Shown here piece by piece: positions 62,303 through 64,000 of a DNA stretch of 64,000 nt. The DNA lies in assembly GCF_020745735.1 (NCBI RefSeq), contig NC_083409.1:24014048-24078047 (forward strand), read 5' to 3'. Numbering within the stretch: the first letter of the stretch is position 1; each line of letters opens with the position of its first letter. A program made the position numbers and the translations under genes. The notes under the pieces are model-generated. The model saw only the letters and a list, made by a program, of their open reading frames with translations. It ran no database searches and was not told the DNA's origin. Origin of the DNA: Hemiscyllium ocellatum. Lineage: Eukaryota.

Positions 62303-63339
62303 TTCCTCTGAACACTGCAACAATAACTCTCATTTCTCTCCATGTTGTGAGGAAGAGTCACTGCACCTGAAATGTTAACTGATTTCTCTCTACAGATATT
62401 GCCAGACCTACTATGCCTTTCCCGCCATGTCTGTTTGAAGATACAGCAAATGTTTTATTAACTGTCACCAATGGGGCCAGGAGTGCTGGTTGATCAAATA
62501 TTCCAGTGGCAAACAGACTGACATAATCAATGCTTAGTAATAGAAACCTAATGCAGGGGTATACACATCACTTTATTTGTCGTATAACTCACTGAATCAA
62601 GCATGCACATTTGCCTTAAATAAAACTTAATGGCAGAGTGCCTTCTCACTTGCAGCCTCAACTGACTACTCTGACACCATGAAAATACAGTGACCTTCGA
62701 GTATTTCAGGTGTATAATTTTTGTTGGTTTATTAAGAGCAACAGTTCATAAAGTGCCAGTTAAAATAAAGTTTGCTGTCCCATGATTGGTTTTGGCTGCC
62801 TGCTTGAATTACTAGCACATATTGCAGTTCACCATCTACATTGCACAATTCAGTAGTGTGATGGAAAACTTTCAACTTGCCTGGATGAATGTAGATCTAG
62901 TAATACCGAAGAAGCTTGACACTATTTGGGACAAAACAGCTGAGGGCTAACACCACATGCACAAACCTTCACTTCCTCCACCTTCAACACTCAGCACCAA
63001 TCTGTACCATTTGCTTAATACACTTACAGAAGCTCTCTAAGACTGACAGGGTGGCACCTTCCAAAATCGTTGGCACCTTGAAGGACAAAGGCAGCAGATA
63101 TATAAGAGCACCAACACCAGCAAGTTGCTATCCAAGCTGCATCCTGTTCTTTATCAGAAATATATCACCACTTCTTCAGTTTTGTTGGTTGGAAATCCTG
63201 CAACTCTCTCCCTAATGGCATTGTGGGTTGACCTGCAAGAAGTGGACTGCAGGGCTTCAAATATGTGGTTCACCATGTCTTCTCCAGGGCATCCAGGGAT
63301 GGGCAATAAATGCTGGCTCAACCAGAGAGACACTCATCG

Positions 63340-63760
63340 AGAATAAATAAGTTTATTGTTATTGTAAGGAAAATTCCAAAGCTGGACCCATGGTAGAGTG
63401 ATAGAGGTGTACAGCGCATGAAAGGACTCTTTGGCTCAGGTCTTCGCTGGTCAAAAGCAGCCACCTGACTATTTTGATCCAATTTCCCAGCACCTGGTCC
63501 ATTGCCTTGTGCACTTTGACATCTCAGCTGTACATCTAATTCAATGTCACAAGGGTTTCTGCTTCTAATACTCTTACACCACTCCCTGCTTGAAAACACT
63601 TCTCCTCCTATTCCTTTTGAAATTAAATCCATGCCTTCGGATGTTGATCACTCCTCCCAAGGGGGAAGGTTTTTTGCCCCATCTACCCTGATAATGCCCC
63701 TCATAATTTTAGACATCTTGATCATGTTCTCACTCCATCTCCTCTGCTATGAGGAATCTG
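63340..63760 (-). mobile_element. CR1 LINE 3' tail remnant
   Basis: ORF 63318-63632 (-) reads ..GGEVFSSREW..; it aligns with the other antisense CR1 tails. Confidence 0.55.
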
Positions 63761-64000
63761 TTAATGAAAGCAATTGGGGAAATTAATATCAGAAGTTAAT
63801 ATCAGACTTGAGGTTATTGTGCAAAGATGAGTGGCAGGTCAGATGATTGGTCAGAATATGAAGATAGCAGATAATAACTAAAAGGTTAATCAGGGGAAAG
63901 AAATGAATATGGGTAACTTGCTTTCAAAAGGTTCAGCACTCCTTGGTTTTTAGACAGTTTTCTCACTTCAATCCACAATCAAAAATACAGAAAATTGAAA

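Noticed and set aside
1-64000. CRISPR arrays, rRNA or true tRNA genes, or additional V/J segments
   Set aside because: None seen. The tRNA-like boxes all belong to SINE heads, and no second YYC-RSS or FGXG-RSS segment was found.

Overview
Eukaryotic, repeat-rich genomic DNA, most likely from a shark (inferred from HE1-type and Deu-type SINEs, CR1 LINEs and the immunoglobulin sequence). The only clearly intact host gene is an unrearranged immunoglobulin light-chain cluster of the kappa class (nurse-shark NS4-like) on the + strand. It runs octamer/TATA promoter (6326-6379), leader (6440-6488), V (6675-6973) with a 12-bp-spacer RSS, one J (7587-7621) with a 23-bp-spacer RSS, an intact C exon (17100-17428) and a polyA signal (17941). 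A frameshifted duplicate C exon lies about 10 kb downstream (27581-27908). About 600 bp upstream of the promoter is a degenerate (TTAGGG)n tract. The rest is mostly decayed mobile DNA: CR1 and Tx1/L1 LINEs, SINEs, hAT and Tc1/mariner-type MITEs, and a decayed endogenous retrovirus (env plus one LTR). It also holds many Penelope-like elements (PLEs). Several PLEs are small fold-back insertions with target-site duplications, minimal hammerhead-ribozyme motifs and a constant ~35-37 nt unpaired tail, and one ends exactly at its predicted hammerhead cleavage site. An unidentified coding-like segment with a 226-aa ORF occurs in two long inverted copies plus a fragment. A ~1.1-kb tandem duplication lies near the right end. 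Family assignments come from recalled motifs only; no searches were run. Most ORFs in the supplied track are repeat fragments or spurious.
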